Positions 45,840-55,308 of a DNA stretch of 64,000 bases are shown piece after piece. The DNA lies in NCBI GenBank assembly GCA_965214655.1, contig OZ243965.1, positions 1,669,716-1,733,715 on the forward strand, given 5' to 3'. The stretch's first letter is position 1. Every line of letters starts with the position of its first letter. The notes beneath the pieces are model-generated. The model saw only the letters and a program-made list of their open reading frames with translations, did no database searches and was not told where the DNA came from. This DNA is from Bryobacterales bacterium. GTDB lineage: Bacteria; Acidobacteriota; Terriglobia; Bryobacterales; UBA6623. The position numbers and the translations under genes were made by a program.

Positions 45840-46733
45840 TCAGGTCTCGAGGGCCTGCTTGCAATAGGCGAAACACTTCTTGACCTCCGCGACCGTGTCG
45901 GCGCCTTTGTATTCGTACTCGATGTTGGCGGGGATCTCGAAGTTGCTGTCGCGCAACAGGCGCAGCGCCTCCGTGATCGGCGTGTCTCCCTCGCCGAATT
46001 CCACGTTCTCGCCCTGGTTGCGCTTTCTGTCCTTGATGTGCAGGGCGACGATGTCTCCGTGGTGGCGCGCGATGTAGTCGACGGGGTCGAAACCGGCGGC
46101 GACGAAGTGCCCGATATCGAGGTTGACCCCGATGTGGCTGGTACCCATTCGGGCTTTGTCGAAGTCCTCGGGCGTCGCGAACTCGTTTTCGCGGATCCGC
46201 GAATGATTGTGCATGCCGACCGGCATGTCGTACCGCTTGGCGTACTTGTCGACGCGCTTCGCCACGGAGACGTGGCCGGAAGCGGTAATCGCCTGGGCGC
46301 CGAGCGCCTTGGCCATGGCGAAGCCCCGTTCGATTTCTTCGTCGGTGAAATCGTCTCGGAAACTGTAGTTGTAGGCAAAAAGGTCGATCCCGGCTTCGTG
46401 GAAGGCCAAGCCGATCTTTTCGTATTGCTCGAGCGGCGCCGTCAGGCGGTATTCCCGCAGCTTCGCTCTGCCGTCCGCCGCGCCGCGGGTCTCGCGCAGG
46501 GGCTCCATGTGGCCGCTCCACATTTCGCATAGGCCGAAGCCGATCTCTTTCATTGCGGCGATGGCTTCTTCCACGGGACGGTCGCGGAAGCTGTAGCTCT
46601 GCGCGCCCACCGTAACTCCCCTGAAAGTAGAGTTGTTGGCCTCATGCGCGGCGGCGCGGGGCGCCGCCGCGCATCCGACCGCGCCGGCGAAAACGGTTTG
46701 CGTGAAGTGTCTGCGGGTCATTGTGCGAATCAT
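45840..46733 (-). CDS. sugar phosphate isomerase/epimerase (xylose isomerase-like TIM barrel), Tat signal
   Basis: I place the start at ATG 46733 (MIRTMTRRHFTQTVFAGAVGCAAA). AP_endonuc_2-like blocks MHNHS, NLDIGHF and HIKD. Confidence 0.75.
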   Translation of the reverse strand: MIRTMTRRHFTQTVFAGAVGCAAAPRAAAHEANNSTFRGVTVGAQSYSFRDRPVEEAIAAMKEIGFGLCEMWSGHMEPLRETRGAADGRAKLREYRLTAPLEQYEKIGLAFHEAGIDLFAYNYSFRDDFTDEEIERGFAMAKALGAQAITASGHVSVAKRVDKYAKRYDMPVGMHNHSRIRENEFATPEDFDKARMGTSHIGVNLDIGHFVAAGFDPVDYIARHHGDIVALHIKDRKRNQGENVEFGEGDTPITEALRLLRDSNFEIPANIEYEYKGADTVAEVKKCFAYCKQALET

Positions 46734-46854
46734 GGCGGGGATGGTTTCCTGTCTCTTTCTTTCCTTGTACGGAAGGGTAGCGAACCTCACATGGTATCGT
46801 TTTCGGCATCGCTTTGGGCAACCCGCGCCGAAACACGATACCCTATGGACTTCC

Positions 46855-47718
46855 ATGGCAGTGCGCTCGAACGGTCCGTTTCGGTTGTCGGTTTGCAACG
46901 AGCTTTACGGCGAGACGGACTTCGCGGCGTCTTGCCGCTCGATCAAGGCGGCCGGATGGGACGGGATCGAGATTGCGCCGTTCACGCTGCTGACCGACGC
47001 CACCCGGCTCTCTTCCGCGCGGCGCCGGGAAATTCGTGACATCGTCGTCTCCGAAGGACTCGAATTTGTCGGCCTGCACTGGCTGACGGTCGGCCCGCAG
47101 GGCTTGCACGTGACGACTTCGCAGGAGAAAGTTCGGGCGCGGAGCTGGGAATACGTGCGCGGGCTGATTGCTCTGTGCGCCGACTTGCGCCCGGACGGCG
47201 CGGCCGGCGGGGTGATGGTATTCGGCTCGCCCGGCCAAAGAAAGACCGCCGGCGGGCTGACGACGGCGCAAGCGGAGCAGAACTACATCGACGGGGTGCG
47301 CTCGATCACGGCCGACCTCGAAGCCGCCGGCGTGACGCTCTGTGTCGAAGCCCTGCCGGCCGCGCAGTGCGATGTGATCCTGACGCTCGACCGCGCCGCG
47401 GAGATCGTCGAGACGATCGGCAGCGCGAACGTGCGAACGATGTTCGATACGCACAACGCGGTCGACGAAATCGAGCCCCATGCCGATCTCGTTGCCGCCC
47501 ATTGGCCGAAAATCCGCCACATTCACGTCAACGAATTGGACGGCAGCCATCCTCGGCCGGGCGGGGGCTACGACTTCAAGCCGGTCCTCCAGGTCGCCAA
47601 AGACCGTTCGTTCGACGGTTGGGTGTCGCTGGAAGCTTTCGACTTCACGCCCGGGGCGGAAACGATCGTGCACGAATCGATCGCCTATCTGCGCGCCGAG
47701 ATCGACCGCTTGCATTAG
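46855..47718 (+). CDS. sugar phosphate isomerase/epimerase (xylose isomerase-like TIM barrel)
   Basis: I place the start at ATG 46855 (MAVRSNGPFRLSVCNELY...). GWDGIEIAP, LCVEALP, MFDTHNA, IRHIHVNE and WVSLEAF. Confidence 0.75.
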   Translation: MAVRSNGPFRLSVCNELYGETDFAASCRSIKAAGWDGIEIAPFTLLTDATRLSSARRREIRDIVVSEGLEFVGLHWLTVGPQGLHVTTSQEKVRARSWEYVRGLIALCADLRPDGAAGGVMVFGSPGQRKTAGGLTTAQAEQNYIDGVRSITADLEAAGVTLCVEALPAAQCDVILTLDRAAEIVETIGSANVRTMFDTHNAVDEIEPHADLVAAHWPKIRHIHVNELDGSHPRPGGGYDFKPVLQVAKDRSFDGWVSLEAFDFTPGAETIVHESIAYLRAEIDRLH

Positions 47719-47750
47719 GGCGCAGGCCGCGCGCCGAGCCGCAGCCGCTC

Positions 47751-47797
47751 TCAGAACACCGTGAATCAGAACACCCCGTGAATCAGAACACTGTGAA
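47751..47797. repeat. three tandem 15-17-nt units (plus strand TCAGAACAC[C/CCC/T]GTGAA)
   Basis: Units at 47751-47765, 47766-47782 and 47783-47797, with a degenerate fourth at about 47798. The third unit encodes the last codons and the TGA of the minus-strand gene 47783..48268. Confidence 0.8.
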
Positions 47798-48268
47798 GCA
47801 GAAAACGTCGTTTCTGCCCTGAGGCGTCAGCCCGTACTCGCCCGCGGACAGACTGCCGTTGATGCGGATGCGCGCCACCTTGCCGTCGACTCTCTCGATA
47901 TTGAGAAAGTAGGGTCTGGCCACGATTTTCTTTTTCTTGCGGTACAGGATTTCGCGGCGCCCCTTGACGACCTCGAAACCGTAAAGGCGTAAATCCGCCG
48001 GGTCGATTTCGACCCACTCGAAGAGAAATTCCGGAGCGGCCAACGGCGTGCGCACGTTCGAGGTCGCCCCCGGCACCCAAAAGCGCAACTCGTTCTTCGT
48101 TGCTTCTTCGTTCGCATCCAGCGGTTCGACCTCGAGCAGCGCGCTGCCGTGGATAAGATACGGGCGGTCGGGTTTTTCCGGATTCGGCAGGCCCAACCTG
48201 TTTTTGTCCTGGCCCGTCAGCGGCGATGCCAGCAGCACCCCCGCGGCGAGCGCCGTCAGCGTTCTCAT
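47783..48268 (-). CDS. hypothetical secreted protein
   Basis: 161 aa. Signal peptide MRTLTALAAGVLLASPLTGQ. No family recognised. Confidence 0.5.
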   Translation of the reverse strand: MRTLTALAAGVLLASPLTGQDKNRLGLPNPEKPDRPYLIHGSALLEVEPLDANEEATKNELRFWVPGATSNVRTPLAAPEFLFEWVEIDPADLRLYGFEVVKGRREILYRKKKKIVARPYFLNIERVDGKVARIRINGSLSAGEYGLTPQGRNDVFCFTVF

Positions 48269-48361
48269 GCCCGAATTCTAACGGAAGCCCGCGCTTGGCC
48301 GGCCGCCGCCGCAGGGCGCCGTGTTAGGATAACGGGCTGTTCCCATCGGCCTCCTTGTTCA

Positions 48362-49708
48362 ATGGAAGACTTGCCTGCAACGCTCCGGCTCGTCGTTCTC
48401 GTTCTCCTGCTTGGCGTCAATGCTTTTTTTTCCGCGGCCGAAGCGGCGTTGGTTTCCGTCCGGCATACGCGCATGCTGGAGTTGGCCGAGCGCGGAAACC
48501 GCAATGCGCGGATCGTGCTGGATCTGATCGAGTCTCCCGAGCGGATGCTTGCGGCCACCCAGTTGGGGGTTACCTTGGCCAGCCTGGGATTGGGCTGGGC
48601 CGGCGAGAGCACGGTCTATCGGCTGCTTCAACCGGTCTTCGCCCATTTGCCGCTCGCTCCGTCCGAGGGAGTCGGGCGCCTGCTCGCCTTCGCGCTCGCG
48701 TTCCTGACGATTACATTTCTGCATATGGTGCTGGGCGAGGTGGTTCCCAAGAATCTGGCGATCGAACGCTCGGACCGCTTGGCCCTGGCGGTGGCGCCGG
48801 CGATGCAGTTGTTCACCCGGGCGAGCGGGTTCTTCGTAGTGCTGGTGAAGGGATCGGCGGAAAGAATTTCCCGGTTGATGGGGCTGAAGATCACCGGCGC
48901 GGACAAAGCCTATTCCGCCGACGAGCTGAAGCTGGTCGTTTCCGGCAGCAAGCTTCCGGGCGAGGCTGCCGAGCAACAGCGCGGCATGCTGCATCGGGTC
49001 ATCGATTTTTACGATCTGACCGTCCGCGAGGTCATGGTCCCGCGTAAGGATCTGGTCTCGCTGCCCGTCGAATCGACCGTCGATCGAGTCGTGGATTGCC
49101 TGGCGCGCAGCCGGCATTCGCGCATCCCCGTCTACCGCGGCTCGCCCGAGCACGTCGTCGGGGTCATTTATGCCAAGGAGATCTGGACGTATGTCCAACA
49201 GGCCTGCAGCCGGCGGGCTTTCGCCCGCCCGTTTCCGCCTTTCCGCATGCAGTCGTTCGTCAGGGACGTCGAGTTCGTGCCGGAGACCAAAGATCTGTTC
49301 CAACTGCTGGAGGAGTTTCAGAAGCATGGGCGCCAGTTGGCCGCCGTCGTCGATGAGTTCGGCACCGTCGTCGGCATCGTGACGGCAGAGGATGCGATCG
49401 AGCAGATTGTCGGCGAGATCCGCGAGGAGCACGAACCGCCGGATCCGCTTGCCGCCGGAGGCGTGATCGAGTTGGACGGGATTACGAATATCGTCGATCT
49501 GGAGAACCGCTACGGCATCGAGTTGCCGTCCGACGCGGGCTTCGAGACGCTTGCCGGCTTCTTGCTGAGCCGCTTGGGGCGCATTCCTGCGCAAGGCCAG
49601 CATGTCGAGCATGAAGGCCGGCGGTACTCGATCGTCGCCATGGACGCCAACCGCGTGGCGGCGGTCCGCATCGAGCCGGTCGCAGCGGAGGACGGGGAGC
49701 ATGTTTAA
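48362..49708 (+). CDS. hemolysin-family / CNNM transporter (DUF21-CBS pair-CorC_HlyC)
   Basis: I place the start at ATG 48362 ([33 protein letters not shown]). [10 protein letters not shown] and HSRIPVY. The CorC C-terminus has IELDG and [15 protein letters not shown]. Confidence 0.88.
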   Translation: MEDLPATLRLVVLVLLLGVNAFFSAAEAALVSVRHTRMLELAERGNRNARIVLDLIESPERMLAATQLGVTLASLGLGWAGESTVYRLLQPVFAHLPLAPSEGVGRLLAFALAFLTITFLHMVLGEVVPKNLAIERSDRLALAVAPAMQLFTRASGFFVVLVKGSAERISRLMGLKITGADKAYSADELKLVVSGSKLPGEAAEQQRGMLHRVIDFYDLTVREVMVPRKDLVSLPVESTVDRVVDCLARSRHSRIPVYRGSPEHVVGVIYAKEIWTYVQQACSRRAFARPFPPFRMQSFVRDVEFVPETKDLFQLLEEFQKHGRQLAAVVDEFGTVVGIVTAEDAIEQIVGEIREEHEPPDPLAAGGVIELDGITNIVDLENRYGIELPSDAGFETLAGFLLSRLGRIPAQGQHVEHEGRRYSIVAMDANRVAAVRIEPVAAEDGEHV

Positions 49709-50375
49709 CGGCGAGTCCGTTACGGCGATCGTTCCCTGCCTCGACGAAGAGCACGGCGTCGAACAAGTGCTCCGGGCGATGCCGCAGTGCGTCGATGAAG
49801 TGATCGTTGTCGACAACGGGTCGACCGACCGCACCGTGCAAGTGGCGCACTCGTTCGGGGCAAAGGTCATCGTCGAAGACATGCGCGGATACGGACGCGC
49901 CTACAAACGCGGCTTCGCCAATGCCTCCAGCGACATCGTCGTGACGCTCGACGGCGATCACTCCTACCCGGCCGACGCGATCTCGTATTTGCTCGAAGCG
50001 AGGCAGCACCTGAGCGCCGATTTTCTGAACGCTTCAAGATTCCCCGTCCGCCGCCGGAATGCCATGAGTTTCAAACACTGGGTCGGAAATCTGATTCTTT
50101 CGCTGGCGATGTCGCTGCTGTTCTTTCGCTGGGTGCGGGACTCGCAATCGGGAATGTGGGTGTTTCGGCGCTCGATCCTCGACAAGATCCGGCTCGATGC
50201 GCAAGGCATGGCGTTTTCCGAGGAAATCAAGATCGAGGCCGTCAAGCATCCCGAGATTCGGTTCGCCGAGATTCCGATCCTGTATACGTCCCGTTTGGGG
50301 GAAATCAAGCTCAACCCCTGGCGCGACGGGTTGCGGAATCTGTTTTTCCTGTTCAAGAAACGGCTGCAGTTTTAG
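49701..50375 (+). CDS. glycosyltransferase family 2 (polyprenol-phosphate glycosyltransferase-like)
   Basis: I place the start at ATG 49701 ([17 protein letters not shown]). VVDNGSTDRT and VTLDGDHSYP. Overlaps the upstream stop by 8 nt. Confidence 0.85.
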   Translation: MFNGESVTAIVPCLDEEHGVEQVLRAMPQCVDEVIVVDNGSTDRTVQVAHSFGAKVIVEDMRGYGRAYKRGFANASSDIVVTLDGDHSYPADAISYLLEARQHLSADFLNASRFPVRRRNAMSFKHWVGNLILSLAMSLLFFRWVRDSQSGMWVFRRSILDKIRLDAQGMAFSEEIKIEAVKHPEIRFAEIPILYTSRLGEIKLNPWRDGLRNLFFLFKKRLQF

Positions 50376-50382
50376 CTTCGTC

Positions 50383-51123
50383 GTGGCGTATACGGTTTAC
50401 GACGATTTCGCCTGGTTCTTCGACCGCTACTGGGCGGACGAATTCTTTGAGGACGTCCGCGCAGGATTCGAAAGCCTCTTCTTGCCGCGGCTGCCGCCCG
50501 GCTCGCGGGTGCTCGACGTGGGCTGCGGCACGGGCCGCATGGCCCGGCTGTTGTGCGAACGGCGTTTCGAGGCGGTGGGCGTCGACGGCTCGCAAGAGAT
50601 GCTGGCGCTTGCCCGCGGCAATGCCCCACGAGCGCAATTCGAGCAGGCCGACATTCGCCGCTCGCTCCCGGCGGGGCCGTTCCGCGCGGCGGTTTCGCTG
50701 TTCGATACGGTCAATCACCTGGCTTCGCGCGGCGCGGTCGGCGCGGTCTTTCGGAATGTTTTCGAGGCGCTTGAACCCGGCGGTCTGTTCCTGTTCGACG
50801 TGAATACGGAAGAGGGCTTCCGCGAGTCCGCCGCCGAGACCTACGCGGATATCGAGACCCAGCGCGTATGCCTGGTGAAGACGCGGTTCGACGCGGACGC
50901 CGGGCGCGGCGCGTCCGCAGTCACGCTGTTCCGCCTGCAAGACGGCAAATGGGAGCGCCGGGATTTCGAGATCGAGGAATTCCTGCACGACGCGCGCGAT
51001 CTGGAAGAAATTCTCCGCGAGGTCGGTTTCGTTGACGTGGAAGTTCTGTCGGCCGAAGACGACTTCGGCATGCGGCGCGACTACGGGCGGGTATTTTTTC
51101 TGGCCGCGAAGGCGCGGCGCTGA
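50383..51123 (+). CDS. class I SAM-dependent methyltransferase
   Basis: GTG 50383. Motif I is VLDVGCGTGRMA, followed by AVGVDGSQEML and GGLFLFDV. Confidence 0.78.
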   Translation: MAYTVYDDFAWFFDRYWADEFFEDVRAGFESLFLPRLPPGSRVLDVGCGTGRMARLLCERRFEAVGVDGSQEMLALARGNAPRAQFEQADIRRSLPAGPFRAAVSLFDTVNHLASRGAVGAVFRNVFEALEPGGLFLFDVNTEEGFRESAAETYADIETQRVCLVKTRFDADAGRGASAVTLFRLQDGKWERRDFEIEEFLHDARDLEEILREVGFVDVEVLSAEDDFGMRRDYGRVFFLAAKARR

Positions 51124-51274
51124 AACCGGCAGACCGCTATCGCAAGCGCACCCGTCGCGAGCGATTCCTGGAGGAAATAGTTGATCGAACCTTGTCCTTT
51201 CAGGTAGAAAGGAGGATTGAAGCCCGTGGCGGTTGGGACGACGAACGGCATTCGTGACCAAACACAGATCGAGC

Positions 51275-52855
51275 ATGACTTGTAAGGAGCCCGGCGCGTC
51301 TGGGGCATCGTCGGTTGGGCCCCGTGCGCAGGACGCCGGGATGGGCCCCCCTCCGGCGTCCGTTCGATACAACGACTGGCGCCAAGTGGCGGTGGAGCCG
51401 CCGGCGGCGTTCAAGCCTGTCCTGCCGGTCAGCGTGATCGTCCCGTCCTACAAAACTCCCGCCGAGACGCTGGCCAGGACCTTGGCGGCGCTCGAGGGCC
51501 AGACCTACCCGCGCGATTTGTTCGAGGTGGTCATCGTCGACGACGGGTCGCAGCCGCCGCTGGAACGGCCCCGGGCAACCCCCCTGGACGTCAAGGTGGT
51601 GCGTCAGGAGCGCTGCGGGTTCGGGGTGGCCAAGGCGCGAAACACCGGCGTTCGGGCTGCCGCCCACGACATCCTGCTCTTTCTCGACAGCGACTTGCTG
51701 GTCGAAGCGCGCTGGATGGCGGCGCATGCCCGGTGGCACCATGCTGTTTCCGACGCTCTGACCCTGGGGCGCCATGCCTATGTGGCAATGGACGGCATCG
51801 ATGCGGAAACGATCAGGCGCCGGCCCGGGTCGTTGCAGGAGCTATTCTCGGACCGGCCGGCGGACCCGCCCGAGATCGAAGAGCTGATGCTCAGAACCAA
51901 CGATCTGACGACGCGAGCCGACGACGTGTTTCAGGCGATGATGGGGGGCAACTTCGGAATCGGCAAGAGCTTCTACCGGTTACTGGGCGGGATGGATGAA
52001 TCGTTCGCACGCTGGGGAATGGAGGACACCGAGTTCGCTTACCGGGCGTATGCCCGCGGTGGGCTATTGGTTCCGGTCCGGGACGCTTTCGCCTGGCATC
52101 AGGGCCGCTGGGCGGAAGGCAGGGAGGCCAAAGCTCGAAGCGGTCGGATCCAGCACGGGAAAGCGGCCCATCTGATCGCCCACCCCGGGTTCCGCAGCAA
52201 CACCCCCGGCCGCATCTATGCAGTACCCCAGTACGTGGTGACCATCGATGCCGGACGGCTGCCGGCCGAGCAGGTCATCGAGACCGCGGCGCAGATCCTG
52301 GCCGACCGCGTACACGACTTGGCGGTGCGCATTGAAATATCCGCGAACGAGGGCGATGAGCGGCCGGCGCGGCTCCGCGAGGTATTCGGTCCCGACCCGC
52401 GCGTGCGCGTCGCTCCCGCCGGCGAAGCCCTCGACGAGTTTCCTGCGGCGGCGTTCCACGTCACGCTTCCGGCCTCCGCCGCGTTCGCCCCGAACCTGGT
52501 GCATCGCCTGCGCGCCAAGCTGAGAGGCGCGGTGACCGCCGCCTCGGTCCTTTCCAACGGAACCCGGGTGTCGATCACTCGCGCGTGGGCGCTCCATCGG
52601 GCGCGCCGCGCAGGGGGCGGCCCGGCCGATTTCGGCGATGCGCGGACGCTCTCCTCCGCGTCTCTGAAGCTGAAGGCTGGCGACGCGGCGCGGACCTCCG
52701 GCACGGACTCGGTGGGCTGGCCCACCAAGTGGGAAATCTTGCGCGACCGGGTGCGGGACCTCCACGGGTGGCGCGAGGGTTGGTGGCTCGTGAAATGGTT
52801 GTGCCATTGGAGCCTCCGACATCTGCCCCGCAGCACCCGGATGCGAGATGGATGA
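51275..52855 (+). CDS. glycosyltransferase family 2 with ~250-aa C-terminal extension, tandem copy 1
   Basis: VSVIVPSYKTPAETL, VVIVDDGS, LFLDSDLL and GGMDESFARWGMEDTEFAYRAY. The start is ambiguous: ATG 51275 or ATG 51341. Confidence 0.8.
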   Translation: MTCKEPGASGASSVGPRAQDAGMGPPPASVRYNDWRQVAVEPPAAFKPVLPVSVIVPSYKTPAETLARTLAALEGQTYPRDLFEVVIVDDGSQPPLERPRATPLDVKVVRQERCGFGVAKARNTGVRAAAHDILLFLDSDLLVEARWMAAHARWHHAVSDALTLGRHAYVAMDGIDAETIRRRPGSLQELFSDRPADPPEIEELMLRTNDLTTRADDVFQAMMGGNFGIGKSFYRLLGGMDESFARWGMEDTEFAYRAYARGGLLVPVRDAFAWHQGRWAEGREAKARSGRIQHGKAAHLIAHPGFRSNTPGRIYAVPQYVVTIDAGRLPAEQVIETAAQILADRVHDLAVRIEISANEGDERPARLREVFGPDPRVRVAPAGEALDEFPAAAFHVTLPASAAFAPNLVHRLRAKLRGAVTAASVLSNGTRVSITRAWALHRARRAGGGPADFGDARTLSSASLKLKAGDAARTSGTDSVGWPTKWEILRDRVRDLHGWREGWWLVKWLCHWSLRHLPRSTRMRDG

Positions 52856-54418
52856 ATGCAACCGATCTACCCCGCCGCTCCCGTCCCCCGGACAAGTCCT
52901 CGACCGGCCTCCGTTCGATACAACGACTGGCGTCAGGTGGCAGTGGAGCCGCCGGAGACGTTCAAGCCTGTCATCCCGGTTAGCGTGATCATCCCGGCCT
53001 ACGAAACTCCCGCCGAGACGCTGGCCAAGACCCTGGCGGCGCTCGAAGGCCAGACTTACCCGCAGGAGCTGTTCGAGGTGGTCATCGTCGACGACGGGTC
53101 GCAGCCGCCGCTGACGCTGCCCCGATCAACGCCATTGGATGTCAAGGTGGTGCGACAGGAGCACTGCGGATTCGGGGCGCCCCGGGCGCGAAACACCGGC
53201 GCTCGTGCTGCCGCCTACGACATCCTGCTCTTTCTCGACAGCGACGTGCTGGTCGAGGCAAGCTGGATGGCGGCGCATGCCCGGTGGTGCCATGCCGTTT
53301 CCGACGCCCTGACCCTGGGGTCCTGTGTCTATGTGGCAATGGACGACATCGACGCGGAAACGATCCGGCACCGGCCCGGGTCGTTGCAGGAACTGTTGTC
53401 GGACCGGCCGGCGGACCCGCCGTACTGGATCGAAGGCCACATGCTCCGAACTAACGAACTGACGTCGCGAGCCAACGACCTGTTCAGGGTGATGCTCTCG
53501 GGCAACTTCGGAATCGGCAAGAGCTTTTATTGGTTGCTGGGCGGGATGGATGAATCGTTCACACGCTGGGGAATGGAGGACATCGAGTTCGCTTACCGGG
53601 CGTATGCCCGCGGCGGGCTATTGGTTCCGGTCCGGGACGCTTTCGCCTGGCATCAGGGCCGTTGGGCGGAGGGCAGAGAGGCCGAGGACCGGAGCCTTCG
53701 GATTCAGCACGGGAAAGCGGCCCACCTGATCGCCCACCCCGGGTTCCGCAGCAACGCCCCCGGCCGCATCTACACGGTGCCCCAGTACGTGGTGACCGTC
53801 GATGCCGGACGGTTGCCGGCCGAGCAGGTCATCGCGGCCACCGCGAAGATCCTGGCCGACCGCGTACACGACTTGGCGGTGCGCATTGAAATGTCCGCGA
53901 ACGAGGGCGATGAGCGGCCGGCGCGGCTCCGCGAGGTATTCGGTCCCGACCCGCGCGTGCGCGTCGCTCCCGCCGGCGGCGCCCTCGACGAGTTTCCCGC
54001 GGCGGCGTTCCACGTCACGCTTCCGGCCTCCGCCGCGTTCGCCCCGAACCTGGTGCATCGCCTGCGCGCCAAGCTGAGAGGAGGCGCGGTCACCGCCGCC
54101 GCGCTTCTTTCCGACGGAACACGGGTGTCGATCACCCGCGCTTGGGCGCTCCATCGGGCGCGCCGCGCGGGTGGCGCCCCGGCCGATTTCGGCGATGCGC
54201 GGACGCTCTCTGCCGCGGCCCTGAAGCTGAAGATCAGTGATGCGGCGCGGACCTCCGGCACGGACCCGGTGGGCTACCCTACCAAGTGGAAGCGCTTGCG
54301 CGACCGGGCGCGGGACCTCCACGACCGCCGCGAGGCATGGTCGTTCCTGAAATGGTTATGCCATTGGGGTCTCGGTCGCCTGCGCCGGGGCCGCCGGGTA
54401 CGGGATATCCTGCCATGA
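52856..54418 (+). CDS. glycosyltransferase family 2 with C-terminal extension, tandem copy 2
   Basis: 520 aa. The ATG directly follows the copy-1 stop (TGAATG). Collinear with copy 1 and highly similar from ..ASVRYNDWRQVAVEPP.. to the C-terminus. Confidence 0.82.
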   Translation: MQPIYPAAPVPRTSPRPASVRYNDWRQVAVEPPETFKPVIPVSVIIPAYETPAETLAKTLAALEGQTYPQELFEVVIVDDGSQPPLTLPRSTPLDVKVVRQEHCGFGAPRARNTGARAAAYDILLFLDSDVLVEASWMAAHARWCHAVSDALTLGSCVYVAMDDIDAETIRHRPGSLQELLSDRPADPPYWIEGHMLRTNELTSRANDLFRVMLSGNFGIGKSFYWLLGGMDESFTRWGMEDIEFAYRAYARGGLLVPVRDAFAWHQGRWAEGREAEDRSLRIQHGKAAHLIAHPGFRSNAPGRIYTVPQYVVTVDAGRLPAEQVIAATAKILADRVHDLAVRIEMSANEGDERPARLREVFGPDPRVRVAPAGGALDEFPAAAFHVTLPASAAFAPNLVHRLRAKLRGGAVTAAALLSDGTRVSITRAWALHRARRAGGAPADFGDARTLSAAALKLKISDAARTSGTDPVGYPTKWKRLRDRARDLHDRREAWSFLKWLCHWGLGRLRRGRRVRDILP

Positions 54419-55308
54419 GAATAGGCCTCGACCGGCTTATCCCGCTCCTGGTCGCCCTCGCCGTGCTGGGCGCGGCGCATATACTGGTCCGCACGTCCAC
54501 CTATGGGGCGGCAATCTATCCGGATTCCGTAGGTTACCTGTCCATAGCTGTAAACCTCATTGCGGGAGAAGGCTTGCAAGACTTCAGGGGCGTCGGGCTC
54601 CTGCCGTGGCCGCCCCTCTTCCCCCTTGGCTTGGCGGCCCTCGGGCTTGCCGGAATCGAGCCGGCGGACGCGGGCCGTCTCGTCAACGCCCTCGCCTTTG
54701 GCTTGGCTATCCTGTCCAGCGGCCTCTACCTGCGCCGGACCCTCAGGTCGCCTCTCCTTGTGGTTGGGACCACAGCGGTCGTGATGACCTCTGTTCCCCT
54801 CAGTCATTTATCTTCATTCATCCTGTCCGAACCCACCTTCATCCTTTTCACGCTCCTCGCCTTGATGCAGATGGGGTCCTGCCTGAACCGGCGAGCCGTT
54901 TGGCCGTCCCTGGTATCGGCAGCCGGGTTCAGCGCCTTGGCGGCGGTAACGCGGTACCCCGGGGTTACGGTGATATTCACGGGAGCCCTCATGCTGCTTC
55001 TGCGCCGGGAGTCGCCGCTCGCCGCCAGACTGAAGCACGCTGCCGCCTATGGCGCTATCTCGTCGATTCCCTTGGCGGCTGTGCTGGCGTACAACCAAGC
55101 GGTCTTCGGCGCACCGGTAAGGGGAGTCTCAACGGGCGCATTGCTGAAAACGATCTCATCGGACGGGGGGTGGGTGGGGCTCTTGTCCGATTCACTGGGC
55201 ATGGCGATCGATGCGTTTCACAAGGCGATGATTCCCTTGAACGCGCCGGACTGGTTGTTCTGGGAGCCGGGACGGTATGTCTTCGTCCCGCGAACCGGAC
55301 GACCATGA
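54415..55308 (+). CDS. GT-C fold membrane glycosyltransferase, N-terminal module (ArnT/PMT_2-like)
   Basis: ATG 54415 overlaps the upstream stop as ATGA. Polytopic, with IYPDSVGYLSIA in the first loop (the D-x-x-Y-type motif typical of GT-C enzymes). 297 aa. Confidence 0.62.
   Translation: MRIGLDRLIPLLVALAVLGAAHILVRTSTYGAAIYPDSVGYLSIAVNLIAGEGLQDFRGVGLLPWPPLFPLGLAALGLAGIEPADAGRLVNALAFGLAILSSGLYLRRTLRSPLLVVGTTAVVMTSVPLSHLSSFILSEPTFILFTLLALMQMGSCLNRRAVWPSLVSAAGFSALAAVTRYPGVTVIFTGALMLLLRRESPLAARLKHAAAYGAISSIPLAAVLAYNQAVFGAPVRGVSTGALLKTISSDGGWVGLLSDSLGMAIDAFHKAMIPLNAPDWLFWEPGRYVFVPRTGRP

Noticed and set aside
47751-47797. Short tandem repeats as a possible CRISPR array or minisatellite-encoded element.
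   Set aside because: The units are contiguous with no spacers, there are only three copies of 15-17 nt, and they derive from the adjacent gene's 3' end. No cas genes are present in the window.
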